The position numbers were made by a program, and so were the translations under genes. The notes beneath the pieces are model-generated. The model worked only from the letters and a program-made list of their open reading frames with translations, was not told the origin of the DNA and did not search any database. Of a stretch of 64,000 nt of DNA, positions 18,773 to 27,832 are shown in pieces (the first letter of the stretch is position 1; each line of letters opens with the position of its first letter). This DNA is from a virus. The stretch spans positions 45,052 through 109,051 of IMG/VR virus record IMGVR_UViG_3300047498_000060. One strand, 5' to 3'.

Positions 18773-20506
18773 CTACCCTATGCCGTCCTTGAACGCCCCG
18801 GGAATGCCGATGCCGAATTTTGCTCCCTTCGGTTTTGCTATTTGAGCTATCGAAGGACCAGGAGGTGGGCTCGCTTTTGGGGCTCCGACCTGCGTAGTCT
18901 TCTCGAGCTGCGACGCCGGTGTCAGTCCTGCGATGGCTTCCTTCCGCATCTCACGGAGCTCGGCGACGAACTCAGCCAGCTTCTCCGTCGACATGGAGAG
19001 CATCGCCTCCTTGTTGACCGGCCCCTTGCCCAGACTCTTGCCGTCTTTGTCTGTCTCGATGACCGCATCACCTTCGAGCTTGAAGTGACCCGCGTGCTTC
19101 GCGTTGAGGTTCGCCGGACGGAAGTCACCAGCGCCGTAGGTCACGAAGTCGGGCAGTGCGTCACCGTCCTTCTCTTTGCCTGCCTTCAACCTCTCCGGAG
19201 GTGGAGTCTTGTCCGTGTCCTGGCTGCAGTCGCTGTCGAAGGCGCCGTTCTTCTGGATGGCCGCGCCGAGCTGCGGAGCTCGGAAGGAGGGGATGTCCGA
19301 GGCCATCATGAAGTTGCCGCGCGTGGGTGCACTCGCGGCCACCTTCCCCTCATCGAACGTGATGCCACCGGGAGCCACCTCTTGCTGCCTCTCGGCCAGG
19401 CTGCGCAGTTTACCGCGCTCATGTTCCTGGTACTGAGGCCAGTTGCGGATCATGTCCTTGCGCATGGCCTTGGGTAGCTTGGGCCCCTGTCCGTACGTGG
19501 CCCACGGCGCGGCTTTATCCCCGTACATGACCTGCAGCTGCTCTGCGTGCGCAGGACCCTCGCCACCAGCGCGCATGCCCTGAAAGTACTTACGACCCTC
19601 CTCTGCGCCGGGGCCTTCAAGACCCGCGACCATATTGTGCTCCTTGTGTATGACGCTGGGGCTGAAGTGAGAGAAGTACGGAGCAGGGCTGCTCTTTGTG
19701 CTGCGCTCGAAGCCTTCATGCACTCCCGTAAGGATGTTGGCGGCACGCTGCTGCGCGGCACCTGCGGGGGGGACTATTGGCAACGCTCCACTTGCGTTTG
19801 CGCGAGCAGCCCACCCAGACATGCCGCCGGGAGGCATGAGAATGGCGCCTCCCGCATTGCCGATGTACTGACGTGTGCCTTCTACCTGGGCATTGCCCTG
19901 CTCGATTATTGATTCGACTTGCTCTGTAGTGCCACCCAAAGCGCGCGTGTTCTCTGCCACGATCGCGGGACGCTGACGCAGCATGCCCATCTGCGCGGGG
20001 CGTGGGAGTGTTCCCGGGCCGTTGAGCGCGGCCATCTCACGAATCCCCATCGCGCCAGGTGTTGGCGCTTCCATCACATGCTCCAGCACCTTGGCGGAGG
20101 GCTTGATCTTGTTTCGCAACGGAGCAATGCGTTTGTACGCCTGCTGCAACGTGTCCAATGTGGCCCCTACCTTTTCTTCGGGCTGATGCAGGTAGCCACG
20201 CAGAACACGCTTCTCGGCGTGCCGATCGAGCGCACCACGAACCAGGGGAACTCCCCCCATACCAATGGCTCCCGCAGCGGCAGCGCCCAAGGCAGAGCGA
20301 CGTGTAACCGAGCGTCCACCCCCCTCGATGGCGCGGCTGACGACATGCCCGAGAGCTCCGGCGCCCGCACCAAGAGCGCCGTACCGGGCGACCTGTCCTC
20401 CTGTCGGCGTGTTCTTCTCGAGCTGGTCAAGCCTGTCCAGAGATCGGCGCGCCTCCTCATCCGAGACGGCACTGAGCTTCTCGAAGCAGGCGACGAAGAG
20501 GCGCAT
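18773..20506 (-). CDS. Putative internal virion protein (EKLS/KxA motifs, glycine zipper)
   Basis: N-terminal ACFEKLSA; repeated KVG/KVA/KHA/KEA/KLA; Gly/Ala hydrophobic hairpin. Confidence 0.6.
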   Translation of the reverse strand: MRLFVACFEKLSAVSDEEARRSLDRLDQLEKNTPTGGQVARYGALGAGAGALGHVVSRAIEGGGRSVTRRSALGAAAAGAIGMGGVPLVRGALDRHAEKRVLRGYLHQPEEKVGATLDTLQQAYKRIAPLRNKIKPSAKVLEHVMEAPTPGAMGIREMAALNGPGTLPRPAQMGMLRQRPAIVAENTRALGGTTEQVESIIEQGNAQVEGTRQYIGNAGGAILMPPGGMSGWAARANASGALPIVPPAGAAQQRAANILTGVHEGFERSTKSSPAPYFSHFSPSVIHKEHNMVAGLEGPGAEEGRKYFQGMRAGGEGPAHAEQLQVMYGDKAAPWATYGQGPKLPKAMRKDMIRNWPQYQEHERGKLRSLAERQQEVAPGGITFDEGKVAASAPTRGNFMMASDIPSFRAPQLGAAIQKNGAFDSDCSQDTDKTPPPERLKAGKEKDGDALPDFVTYGAGDFRPANLNAKHAGHFKLEGDAVIETDKDGKSLGKGPVNKEAMLSMSTEKLAEFVAELREMRKEAIAGLTPASQLEKTTQVGAPKASPPPGPSIAQIAKPKGAKFGIGIPGAFKDGIG

Positions 20507-21231
20507 CAGTGGTGCCTGAGTGCAGCGGCTGCAGGGGCAGCCAACACGCCCAGTCCGCCTAGCTCCGCTGTGTTCGCGATGGCGTCGCCAGTGTGGCCTT
20601 CCCTCACGTTCTTCTGCAGCTCGTACCCGACGGGAGCAGCCAGTACCCCGAGTCCAGCAAGCTCAGCCTTGTGTTGCATGGGCGCGCTGGTAGCCAGCTC
20701 TGCGCCGAGGCCCCTCATGCGCTCGATCAGGCTCCCTGCCGTCTTGGTGAAGAACGAGTCGTACTGCGCAGACTTGAGCATGTCCGGATACTTCGCCTGG
20801 ATCTTCCTGCGAACCGCTACGAGGTCTGCATTGTCGCCATGCACCTTCGTGTGCGCCTCGGTGGTGTGGTCCGCTGCGGCCTTGAAGGGGTTGAGCGCCG
20901 GCGCCTTGCTAAATCCGGTGCCTGCCCCCGCCAGGATCGCAGCTGTCCCCGGCTTGGCCATCGGCTTCACTGCCTTCGCGGCGCCGAGCATCCCGCGTGC
21001 GGCAGCAGGGAGAGGTGGCGGAACGCCCATCGCGAGCTTCTGGAAGAAGCCAGAGAGTAATTGGGCGAACGCCTTCTTCTGCTCGTGGTGGTGATCGTGC
21101 TTTTCCTTGACGTCGTCCGTGTTGATGGGACCGGGCGAGTAGTCCATACGACGGAAGATGTCGTCAGCGACGTGATGCAGGTCGTGGTCGAGAGACGGCG
21201 GCGGCAAGGGGGTGTGCATCTTCTTCCTCAT
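20506..21231 (-). CDS. Putative internal virion protein (KxA motifs)
   Basis: FFQKLA, LKSA, TKTAG; duplicated AEL.GLGVLAAP. Confidence 0.55.
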   Translation of the reverse strand: MRKKMHTPLPPPSLDHDLHHVADDIFRRMDYSPGPINTDDVKEKHDHHHEQKKAFAQLLSGFFQKLAMGVPPPLPAAARGMLGAAKAVKPMAKPGTAAILAGAGTGFSKAPALNPFKAAADHTTEAHTKVHGDNADLVAVRRKIQAKYPDMLKSAQYDSFFTKTAGSLIERMRGLGAELATSAPMQHKAELAGLGVLAAPVGYELQKNVREGHTGDAIANTAELGGLGVLAAPAAAALRHH

Positions 21232-22592
21232 AGGTGACTGAGCATGGGCGCCGCTTTACGCAGCAGCCCTGGAGCTCTTGTGACCGCCCCACGCTCCGCA
21301 GCTCCGAGCAGCTTACCAGGAGCACCCGTGGGCGCGTGAAGCATCCCGCTCACGGGCGGAACACCCGCTGCGCGCATGGTGGGCGCGAACGCCGCTGTCC
21401 CCACCGAGTTCGGCGCGCGAGAGACAGCTGCCGTAGGCGCAGTGCGCATTGCGGGAGCAGGGTGCGGTACCGGGGTTGTGGGAGCTGATGCCATGGCAGC
21501 GCCTGCTCCCGGACGTACCGTGGGTGTGTTGGCTGCGGGGTTCGGTGCCGGAACCTGCGACATCGACGGTGCCTTGCCCATGAGCACTTGTTGCGCGCGC
21601 GACTGCATCTCAGGAGATGCCTCCTGGATGTTCATCTTGGGGTTGAAGACCTCCTTGCGAAGAGCGCCCATGCTGCCGTGCGCTTCGCCCTCAGCGAACT
21701 GCGTCTTCGTGGGCGCGTACTTACCGAAGCTCTGGATGGCCGGATTCAGTTGTCCCTTCGACTGCGGAAGGAAGTCGAGCACCTTCGGGCCCTGCGGGCT
21801 GTTCACGACGTTGCCGTAGTTGGTGCCTGACGCGGAAACAGTGTCCGCCATGGTGTGGCCCTTAGCAGCCATCGGATTGAGCACCGTGTTCTGCACGTTC
21901 GTGAGGTCCGAGCGCGCGCCTTCCATGCGGCTCCATCCCTGCTCCCCTTTGTTGCCACGCAGGTCGGTCAGCCCCGGTACGAACTCGTGCGTGCTGGTCG
22001 AGCGTTGCAGCCCGCCCGAGCCCATCGTTGCGTGTCCGTACATCGCGGGGACCATGGCTTTCGCTTCGGGAGAGAGGCTGCGTGCCGTGTCCGTCACCTG
22101 CTGTTTCTGGGCGAGGAGCTGGGGGGTAAACTCACCACGGCTGATGGTGCTGTCCGGCTTGTAGAGCTTGCGGGCAAGAAGGCCGCTCTCATTTGGCGCT
22201 GGTGCCTGTGGTGTAGCTTGCGTCCCGCGGAGCAGCGCGCCGCGACCCTCGGGGCTTCGCATCACAGACTGGGTAGGTGAACGCCCTTGGAGCTGGCCTG
22301 CGCCGAGCCCAGCCTTGTTCGCCTTGTACTGCTCGAGTCGCTGCTGCACTCCTGGAGCCGCGGAGGCAGGGGCACCGGCGTGCCCCATCATCTTATCGAC
22401 ACCCGCTTCCTCGCCGCCAAGAGAGATGTCCTCGAGGTAGCGCGGCTTGTTCCCTAGCTGCGCCGAGCCCCGGGCGATCTGATTTGCGGTATCCTCGTTG
22501 CCCGCAGCTGTCGCAGCACGCCACTCCTTCACGCTGCGTGTCGCGGCGATTTTCTCGAACTCGTCACAACAGGAGCGAATCAGCAGATCCAT
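21228..22592 (-). CDS. Putative internal virion protein, N-terminal CCDEFEKIA
   Basis: Shared motif; P/A-rich C-terminus. Confidence 0.6.
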   Translation of the reverse strand: MDLLIRSCCDEFEKIAATRSVKEWRAATAAGNEDTANQIARGSAQLGNKPRYLEDISLGGEEAGVDKMMGHAGAPASAAPGVQQRLEQYKANKAGLGAGQLQGRSPTQSVMRSPEGRGALLRGTQATPQAPAPNESGLLARKLYKPDSTISRGEFTPQLLAQKQQVTDTARSLSPEAKAMVPAMYGHATMGSGGLQRSTSTHEFVPGLTDLRGNKGEQGWSRMEGARSDLTNVQNTVLNPMAAKGHTMADTVSASGTNYGNVVNSPQGPKVLDFLPQSKGQLNPAIQSFGKYAPTKTQFAEGEAHGSMGALRKEVFNPKMNIQEASPEMQSRAQQVLMGKAPSMSQVPAPNPAANTPTVRPGAGAAMASAPTTPVPHPAPAMRTAPTAAVSRAPNSVGTAAFAPTMRAAGVPPVSGMLHAPTGAPGKLLGAAERGAVTRAPGLLRKAAPMLSHL

Positions 22593-22594
22593 GG

Positions 22595-22960
22595 CTACCG
22601 ACGCTCCGGTTTGTTCTTCTTGTATGCCTGCGTAGCCCGCTGTACACGGAGGACAGGGGAGTTCGCCATCATCCCAGCCAGGGCCGAGAGCTCGCCGGCC
22701 TTCTTCTCTTTCTCCTTGGTGTGCCCGCGGGCCTTGCCGATCTGGTAGCCCGTCGCACCGGGCACAAGAAGGAGCGCTGCGATGTCGCCGGCGTCGCGCG
22801 TGAACTTCTTGCCGGCGGCAGCCTCGGCATGACCCACTGCCTTACCCAGCTGGTAGCCGACTAGCGAGGGGATCATGAGGTTGTGCAGATCGATGGCAGG
22901 CCCCACCACTGCGATCTTCTCGCGCTCGTCACAGCAGGCCACCATCATCACGTTGTTCAT
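22595..22960 (-). CDS. Putative internal virion protein, N-terminal CCDEREKIA
   Basis: Shared motif; two GYQ.GKA.G glycine-zipper repeats. Confidence 0.55.
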   Translation of the reverse strand: MNNVMMVACCDEREKIAVVGPAIDLHNLMIPSLVGYQLGKAVGHAEAAAGKKFTRDAGDIAALLLVPGATGYQIGKARGHTKEKEKKAGELSALAGMMANSPVLRVQRATQAYKKNKPERR

Positions 22961-24087
22961 CCGACATGCTCCGCGCCGCTACCAATAGCGCCAATGTTGT
23001 TCGAGTTCTGCGCGAGGCCTGTCACAGTCGTTGCCTCCCCACGACCGTCTAACCTATCGACTGCGCTGGGGTCCTTCTCCTTCGTGGGCACGTCGCCCTT
23101 GCGCTTCATCTTATTCGCCGGCGTCGCATAGACCCCAGGGCCGGTCATCTGCGAGGGGTTGAGCGGCTTGTCCTGCAGCCCCTCCCATCCCTCCGAGGGG
23201 ATGTCGCCAGGGCTCGGCTTCTTCCGTGTCTCGGGGGAGGACATGGGGTTCTCCCCCGTGGTGAAGGGGTTCACGCTGCCCATCGCCCCAGGTACGGTCG
23301 AGATCTTCTCGAGCTCATCGAAGAGGGCTGCGTGCTTCTGGATGCTGTAGTCGATGGCCTTATTCGCGCCGTACGCTGCAGCAGCTCCCCCTAGGATCTT
23401 GCCCTTGTGGTCGTCCCAGACCTTCTTGGCGTCCGCCTTCACGCTGTCCACCGCCGCGCGTCCCGCGTGGCGACCAACCTCTCCCGCGGACTCCATCTGC
23501 GCCTTGTTCCCGGCTGTGATGAGGTGGTGCGTGGCCTCATGGATGTGCGGCTTCATCGCAGCAGCGATCTCGTCGACGCCGGCGTGAAGGTGCTCCTTGG
23601 CTGCGTGCGCGGCGTGCTCCTGCACGTGCTTCACCGCGCCGGCCCCTAGACTTCGCGCTCTGTCGAAGAACGCGCCCTCCTTCGTGCTCATCGTGGTGCT
23701 CTTCACCTCGGTGGGCACCTCGCCTCGGCGCTTCGGCTTCTTCGCTGCGCCGTCGTCCTCCCAGCCACCGGAGACATCATCCGGCTGCCCAGCAGAGTCT
23801 CCCCCGGTGGCAGCTTCCTTGACGCCCGCCGCTACACGGATGCGGGTCACGATGTCGTGTACAATCTCTTCCTTGGAGGCTGCTTTGCCCTTCCAGACGA
23901 GACTACGCTCAGCTTCTTTGACGTGCTGGAACTTGCTCAACTTACCGTCCTTCTCCTTACGAAGAAGATTCGCAGCAGAGATGGGACGCCGTCCTTTTCG
24001 GACGCTGAGAACCCCCTTGCCATGCAGCCTAGCTGCAGCAATCTTCTCGAGCTCGTCGCAGAAGGCCGCCAAGGATGGAGAGTTCAC
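22957..24087 (-). CDS. Putative internal virion protein, FCDELEKIA plus internal LFDELEKIS
   Basis: Motif twice; several KEA/KEG/KHA. Confidence 0.6.
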   Translation of the reverse strand: MNSPSLAAFCDELEKIAAARLHGKGVLSVRKGRRPISAANLLRKEKDGKLSKFQHVKEAERSLVWKGKAASKEEIVHDIVTRIRVAAGVKEAATGGDSAGQPDDVSGGWEDDGAAKKPKRRGEVPTEVKSTTMSTKEGAFFDRARSLGAGAVKHVQEHAAHAAKEHLHAGVDEIAAAMKPHIHEATHHLITAGNKAQMESAGEVGRHAGRAAVDSVKADAKKVWDDHKGKILGGAAAAYGANKAIDYSIQKHAALFDELEKISTVPGAMGSVNPFTTGENPMSSPETRKKPSPGDIPSEGWEGLQDKPLNPSQMTGPGVYATPANKMKRKGDVPTKEKDPSAVDRLDGRGEATTVTGLAQNSNNIGAIGSGAEHVG

Positions 24088-24142
24088 GTGCTCAGCGTAG
24101 CAGAAGACTACGAGCTCCAGAACCGCGTGTGCTAAGAGGAAA

Positions 24143-24169
24143 CCACGGCGGCCTTGGCAGACCCCGTGG
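24143..24169 (-). terminator. Hairpin followed by TTTCCTCTTAGC
   Basis: CCACGG/CCGTGG outer stem, downstream of the baseplate operon. Confidence 0.55.
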
Positions 24170-24195
24170 CGTGATCACTACCTGTGCAAGAGGCG

Positions 24196-24762
24196 ATGAT
24201 GACAGAAGAACTACCGGCGTTGTCGCTGAGGCGCAAGCCCATCTGCACGTGTGGTACGTGCAGGACCTGTAAGGCACGTGCGTACCAACGCACCTACCGA
24301 GAGGCGCACGCAGTCGAGATCAAGGTCGCACAAGAGGCCTGGCGCAACGCGAACAAGGGAACCATCAAGGTCTCTGCGTCCGAGTATTACAGGAACAACA
24401 GGTCCCGACGGCTAGCGCAAACAGCTGCGTGGAAAAAGGATCACCCCGGTCAATCACGCGCCCTGCGTCTACAGCGTGAATTTGGGATCACCGAGGAAGC
24501 CTACAGCGTGCTGCTGGCAAATCAGAACGGTGTATGCGCTATCTGCTGCAGGCCCGAAACTGCGCGGCATCACAAGACTGGAGAGTTGTTTCATCTCGCA
24601 GTCGACCATAATCACCAGTGTTGTTCTAGCAAGACCTCGTGCGGGAGGTGCGTACGCGGATTGCTCTGTCACGCGTGCAACAAAGCTCTGGGTTTGCTGG
24701 GTGACGATGCGGATCGGGTGGTTGCCGCAGTAGTCTATCTTCTGCGCACGGCGCAGAAGTAG
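24196..24762 (+). CDS. Endonuclease VII-family homing endonuclease
   Basis: FGITEEAY..LL.NQNGVCAIC, LAVDHNH, VRGLLCHACNKALG; inserted antisense among virion genes. Confidence 0.9.
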   Translation: MMTEELPALSLRRKPICTCGTCRTCKARAYQRTYREAHAVEIKVAQEAWRNANKGTIKVSASEYYRNNRSRRLAQTAAWKKDHPGQSRALRLQREFGITEEAYSVLLANQNGVCAICCRPETARHHKTGELFHLAVDHNHQCCSSKTSCGRCVRGLLCHACNKALGLLGDDADRVVAAVVYLLRTAQK

Positions 24763-24763
24763 C

Positions 24764-27700
24764 TCAACCGAGAATCGCTCTCTGCGACTGAATGGCAGAG
24801 ACGTACTGTTGCACGGCTTGCTGCTTGCGCAGACGGGTGTCGGCGCGCTGCGCCGCCGGCGTGCCACGCTGGATGCCGACGACGTTGCTGATCGCCGGCG
24901 TCACGAGGCCGAAGAGGTTGTTGTAGGGGCCGAATGCCCTCGAGTGGAACCCCTCGATGCCCGAGGTGACGGTCTGCCCCGTGGGGTCGTACGCCAGGTC
25001 CGACGTACCGAAGATGTCGATCATCGTAGCGATTGGGCGCCAGGTGTAGCCCGAGATGAACTGGTCGACGTCGGCGTTGGGCGAGGTCTTCACCGTAGAG
25101 TAGAGCTGCACCAGGAAGGCGACGGCCTGCTCGATGCTGGCCTGCTGGTCGAGTGCGAGGAGGCCCGCCGCGGCGGCTTTCTGGTCCGCGGCGCTCGTGG
25201 CCTGAGACGCTGTCGCGAGCGCGGCCTGGGCTGCCGCCTGCGCCACACCCGTCGAGGTCGTACTTCCGTTCGCTGACTGCACCAGCTGCTGGTCGGTGAT
25301 GGAGCCGGTGCCGAAGAACGCCTGGTATGCTTGGCCGATGAGGGAGGGGTGCCAAACATCGCCATACCATCCCGGCCTCAAGTACTCCTCGAGCGGGAGC
25401 TGCACAGATTGTTGGGTGTACCGCGCCACACTCTCGGTCACCCGGTAGGCGTTGAATTGCACGAGCTCCGCGGGGTTGCCGATATAGCTCGCGACGTTCG
25501 CACCGTAAGCGGAAGCTGCCTGGGAAACCCCAATGGTCACGTTGAGAGAGGCCACCGTGCTCCCGGCGACGGGAGGTCCCTGGTACACAGGCAAGGACTG
25601 CCCCTTGTACGACTGGGTCACGTCGCTGACTGCCGTGATGGTGCCGCCGTTCGGTCCGTAGGTCCCTACCTGGGGTGCGCTGTAGGCCGCGATGACAGTA
25701 ACCCTCGAGGCGGGTTCACTCGAGACTGCCATCACCTGGTTGGTTGGTCGCACCACGCCCAGAAACTCTGATCCTTCATTGAACTGCCGTGCATAGGTGC
25801 CCGTACAGGTAGTGCTCCCCGAGCTCTGGCTGACGGCGTGCGTAACCTCCGTGAGGTTACAGAGGAAGTGCGCTCCGAGCTGCTGGTCGATCTGGCTCGT
25901 CGATACACCTCCGTTCTGAGCAATAAGCTGGTTGCGCGTCTTGATGACCTCCTGGCTGACGTACTTGTCGACGACTAAAGCAGGGAAGCCGCAGGCCAGG
26001 TACGGGTTGAACTTGCCGGAGATCTGGAGCTGCCGCGCAGCGAAGCGGTACTTGAAATAGAGAAAGTTCGTCGAGCGTTGCGCCAGCCCAATGTGCTCGG
26101 CAACGCCCAGTGTTTTGGTCCCCGAGCGTGCGCCGAAGATGTTGAGCTCACCCATCTTCTCGAAGACAGGGATGATGCCAGTGAAGAGCTCGTGATCAAG
26201 GATGCCGTTCTGCAGAAGACTCTGGAGCTCGTTGCTGCCGGTCTGCACAGTGCCTGTCGGCACGGTGTAGCCCTTGGGGGCATAGTAAAACTCATCGAAG
26301 AGCTCGTCCTCTCCGAAGAACTCGTCGTTAGTCTTGAGAAGAAGACGCGTAGGTTCCTGCAGAAAGTTCTGTCCGTAGGTTAGCGTGTCGTAGTGCTCAG
26401 GGAAGAAGACGTTGCACCGAGGGGGCGAACTGAACCACACATCGGGACGGAAGATCTGTTGGCACAGACGCGCCGGCGTGGTGGTAGAGCCGCCGGTGTT
26501 GGTGATCTGGAAAGCAGCTGCGCTCTGCATCTGGGTGAGTGCCGTGGATAACGGGTTGCTCACCGCGTTCGTGATAGCCGCCGAGGCACCTGGGTACCAA
26601 TTCCGGGCTGCGGAAAGGGCCTGCGCGACCGACCTCGAGGCTGACGTGTAGAACGTCTTTGCCGACTGCACCTGCTGCGTGGTCTGCTGCGTGATGAGGT
26701 TCGCGGTCCTGTCACAACTCTGCTTGAGAGTAGTGAGGCTGCTGATCAGTTGCTGCGTAGTCGACGCTGACCCGGTACCGGAAACGTTGGACGCCAAAGT
26801 GGTTTGTAGGTCGTTGATCGCCGCGATGTTGCTGTCGGCGTTCGTCGCGATGAAGGACGCGTCCATGGCGCGTACGCTGGTGCGCGTTGTTCCGGAAGGC
26901 GTGTTGCCGGAGCCGGGCTGGTAGAACGGGCAAGGCTGTGCGTAGGTCTCGTGGAAGATGATGCCCATCAGCGCGTTGATGGCCTGGCGCATCGTGACCT
27001 GCTGACCAAGGCCACCCAGGGTGCGCCCGAGCAGCGAGTCGTACCCAGCGCTGAGCAGTCGACTCGCCGTCGGGTCCTGCTCGTACGCCGTGATCATCTG
27101 GGTGATGTGGAGACGGAGCTCGGCGAGACTGAAGAAGACGTTGTCCCCCGCGATGGTCTGCCCGTAACTGTAGCTGCCTCCGATAGACTCTAGGAGGTGC
27201 ACGATGCCGCCCAGCAGGCCCTGGAGGTTCGGATACTGGATGGAGGGGGACTGGAGGATGCGGAGGATGGCCGAGCCCTCATCCTCGAGGAAGTCGGTGA
27301 AGAGGCTGGTGCTGCCCCCAGAGAAGAGCGCCTTGATGCCTGGCCCGAACAAGTCGGTGTTGTTCCACTGCTGCGCCGAGTCCCAGTAGGAGCTCCAGTC
27401 TTGGCACTGCAGTACGAGCGAACGCTGCGCCTGGTTCTTCGTCCACTGGTAGCCGACGACCTCCCCGCCGAAGCACAGCTTGTAGTTCGCGTTCTGGATG
27501 TCGGGCGAGTCTCCGACACTGTTCGTTCCGGTGCTCGGGGTCGAAGTACTTCCCGTCGTCTGGTTCTGGTACGAGGTGGGGCTCTGGTTCGTGGCCGTGT
27601 TCACGGCTCCTGCGGCCACAGGGAACGGCGTGTTGGCTGTCTCGTAGTCGTAGAAGAACAGATGGACGATAGTCCTTGGCAGAAACCGCATGCCGTCGGG

Positions 27701-27832
27701 GAGTGGTGGGATCTGCAGTGAGCACACCGAGGGCGCGTTGGGCACGACTTGGATGGTGGCCGCTACGACCGGCACCTCGACGCCCTCGAGAAAGAGACGC
27801 AGGCGGATGCGCGTGCCTACACCCATACTCAC
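24764..27832 (-). CDS. Large virion protein, probable baseplate hub/tail-tip component
   Basis: 1022 aa, downstream of tape measure; beta-rich N-terminus RLRLFLEGVEVPV; S/T/A/Q-rich. Confidence 0.55.
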   Translation of the reverse strand: MSMGVGTRIRLRLFLEGVEVPVVAATIQVVPNAPSVCSLQIPPLPDGMRFLPRTIVHLFFYDYETANTPFPVAAGAVNTATNQSPTSYQNQTTGSTSTPSTGTNSVGDSPDIQNANYKLCFGGEVVGYQWTKNQAQRSLVLQCQDWSSYWDSAQQWNNTDLFGPGIKALFSGGSTSLFTDFLEDEGSAILRILQSPSIQYPNLQGLLGGIVHLLESIGGSYSYGQTIAGDNVFFSLAELRLHITQMITAYEQDPTASRLLSAGYDSLLGRTLGGLGQQVTMRQAINALMGIIFHETYAQPCPFYQPGSGNTPSGTTRTSVRAMDASFIATNADSNIAAINDLQTTLASNVSGTGSASTTQQLISSLTTLKQSCDRTANLITQQTTQQVQSAKTFYTSASRSVAQALSAARNWYPGASAAITNAVSNPLSTALTQMQSAAAFQITNTGGSTTTPARLCQQIFRPDVWFSSPPRCNVFFPEHYDTLTYGQNFLQEPTRLLLKTNDEFFGEDELFDEFYYAPKGYTVPTGTVQTGSNELQSLLQNGILDHELFTGIIPVFEKMGELNIFGARSGTKTLGVAEHIGLAQRSTNFLYFKYRFAARQLQISGKFNPYLACGFPALVVDKYVSQEVIKTRNQLIAQNGGVSTSQIDQQLGAHFLCNLTEVTHAVSQSSGSTTCTGTYARQFNEGSEFLGVVRPTNQVMAVSSEPASRVTVIAAYSAPQVGTYGPNGGTITAVSDVTQSYKGQSLPVYQGPPVAGSTVASLNVTIGVSQAASAYGANVASYIGNPAELVQFNAYRVTESVARYTQQSVQLPLEEYLRPGWYGDVWHPSLIGQAYQAFFGTGSITDQQLVQSANGSTTSTGVAQAAAQAALATASQATSAADQKAAAAGLLALDQQASIEQAVAFLVQLYSTVKTSPNADVDQFISGYTWRPIATMIDIFGTSDLAYDPTGQTVTSGIEGFHSRAFGPYNNLFGLVTPAISNVVGIQRGTPAAQRADTRLRKQQAVQQYVSAIQSQRAILG

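Noticed and set aside
24196-24762. EndoVII ORF as the packaging/Holliday junction resolvase
   Set aside because: Long basic N-terminal extension and antisense insertion between virion operons fit a mobile homing endonuclease better; cannot be fully excluded.
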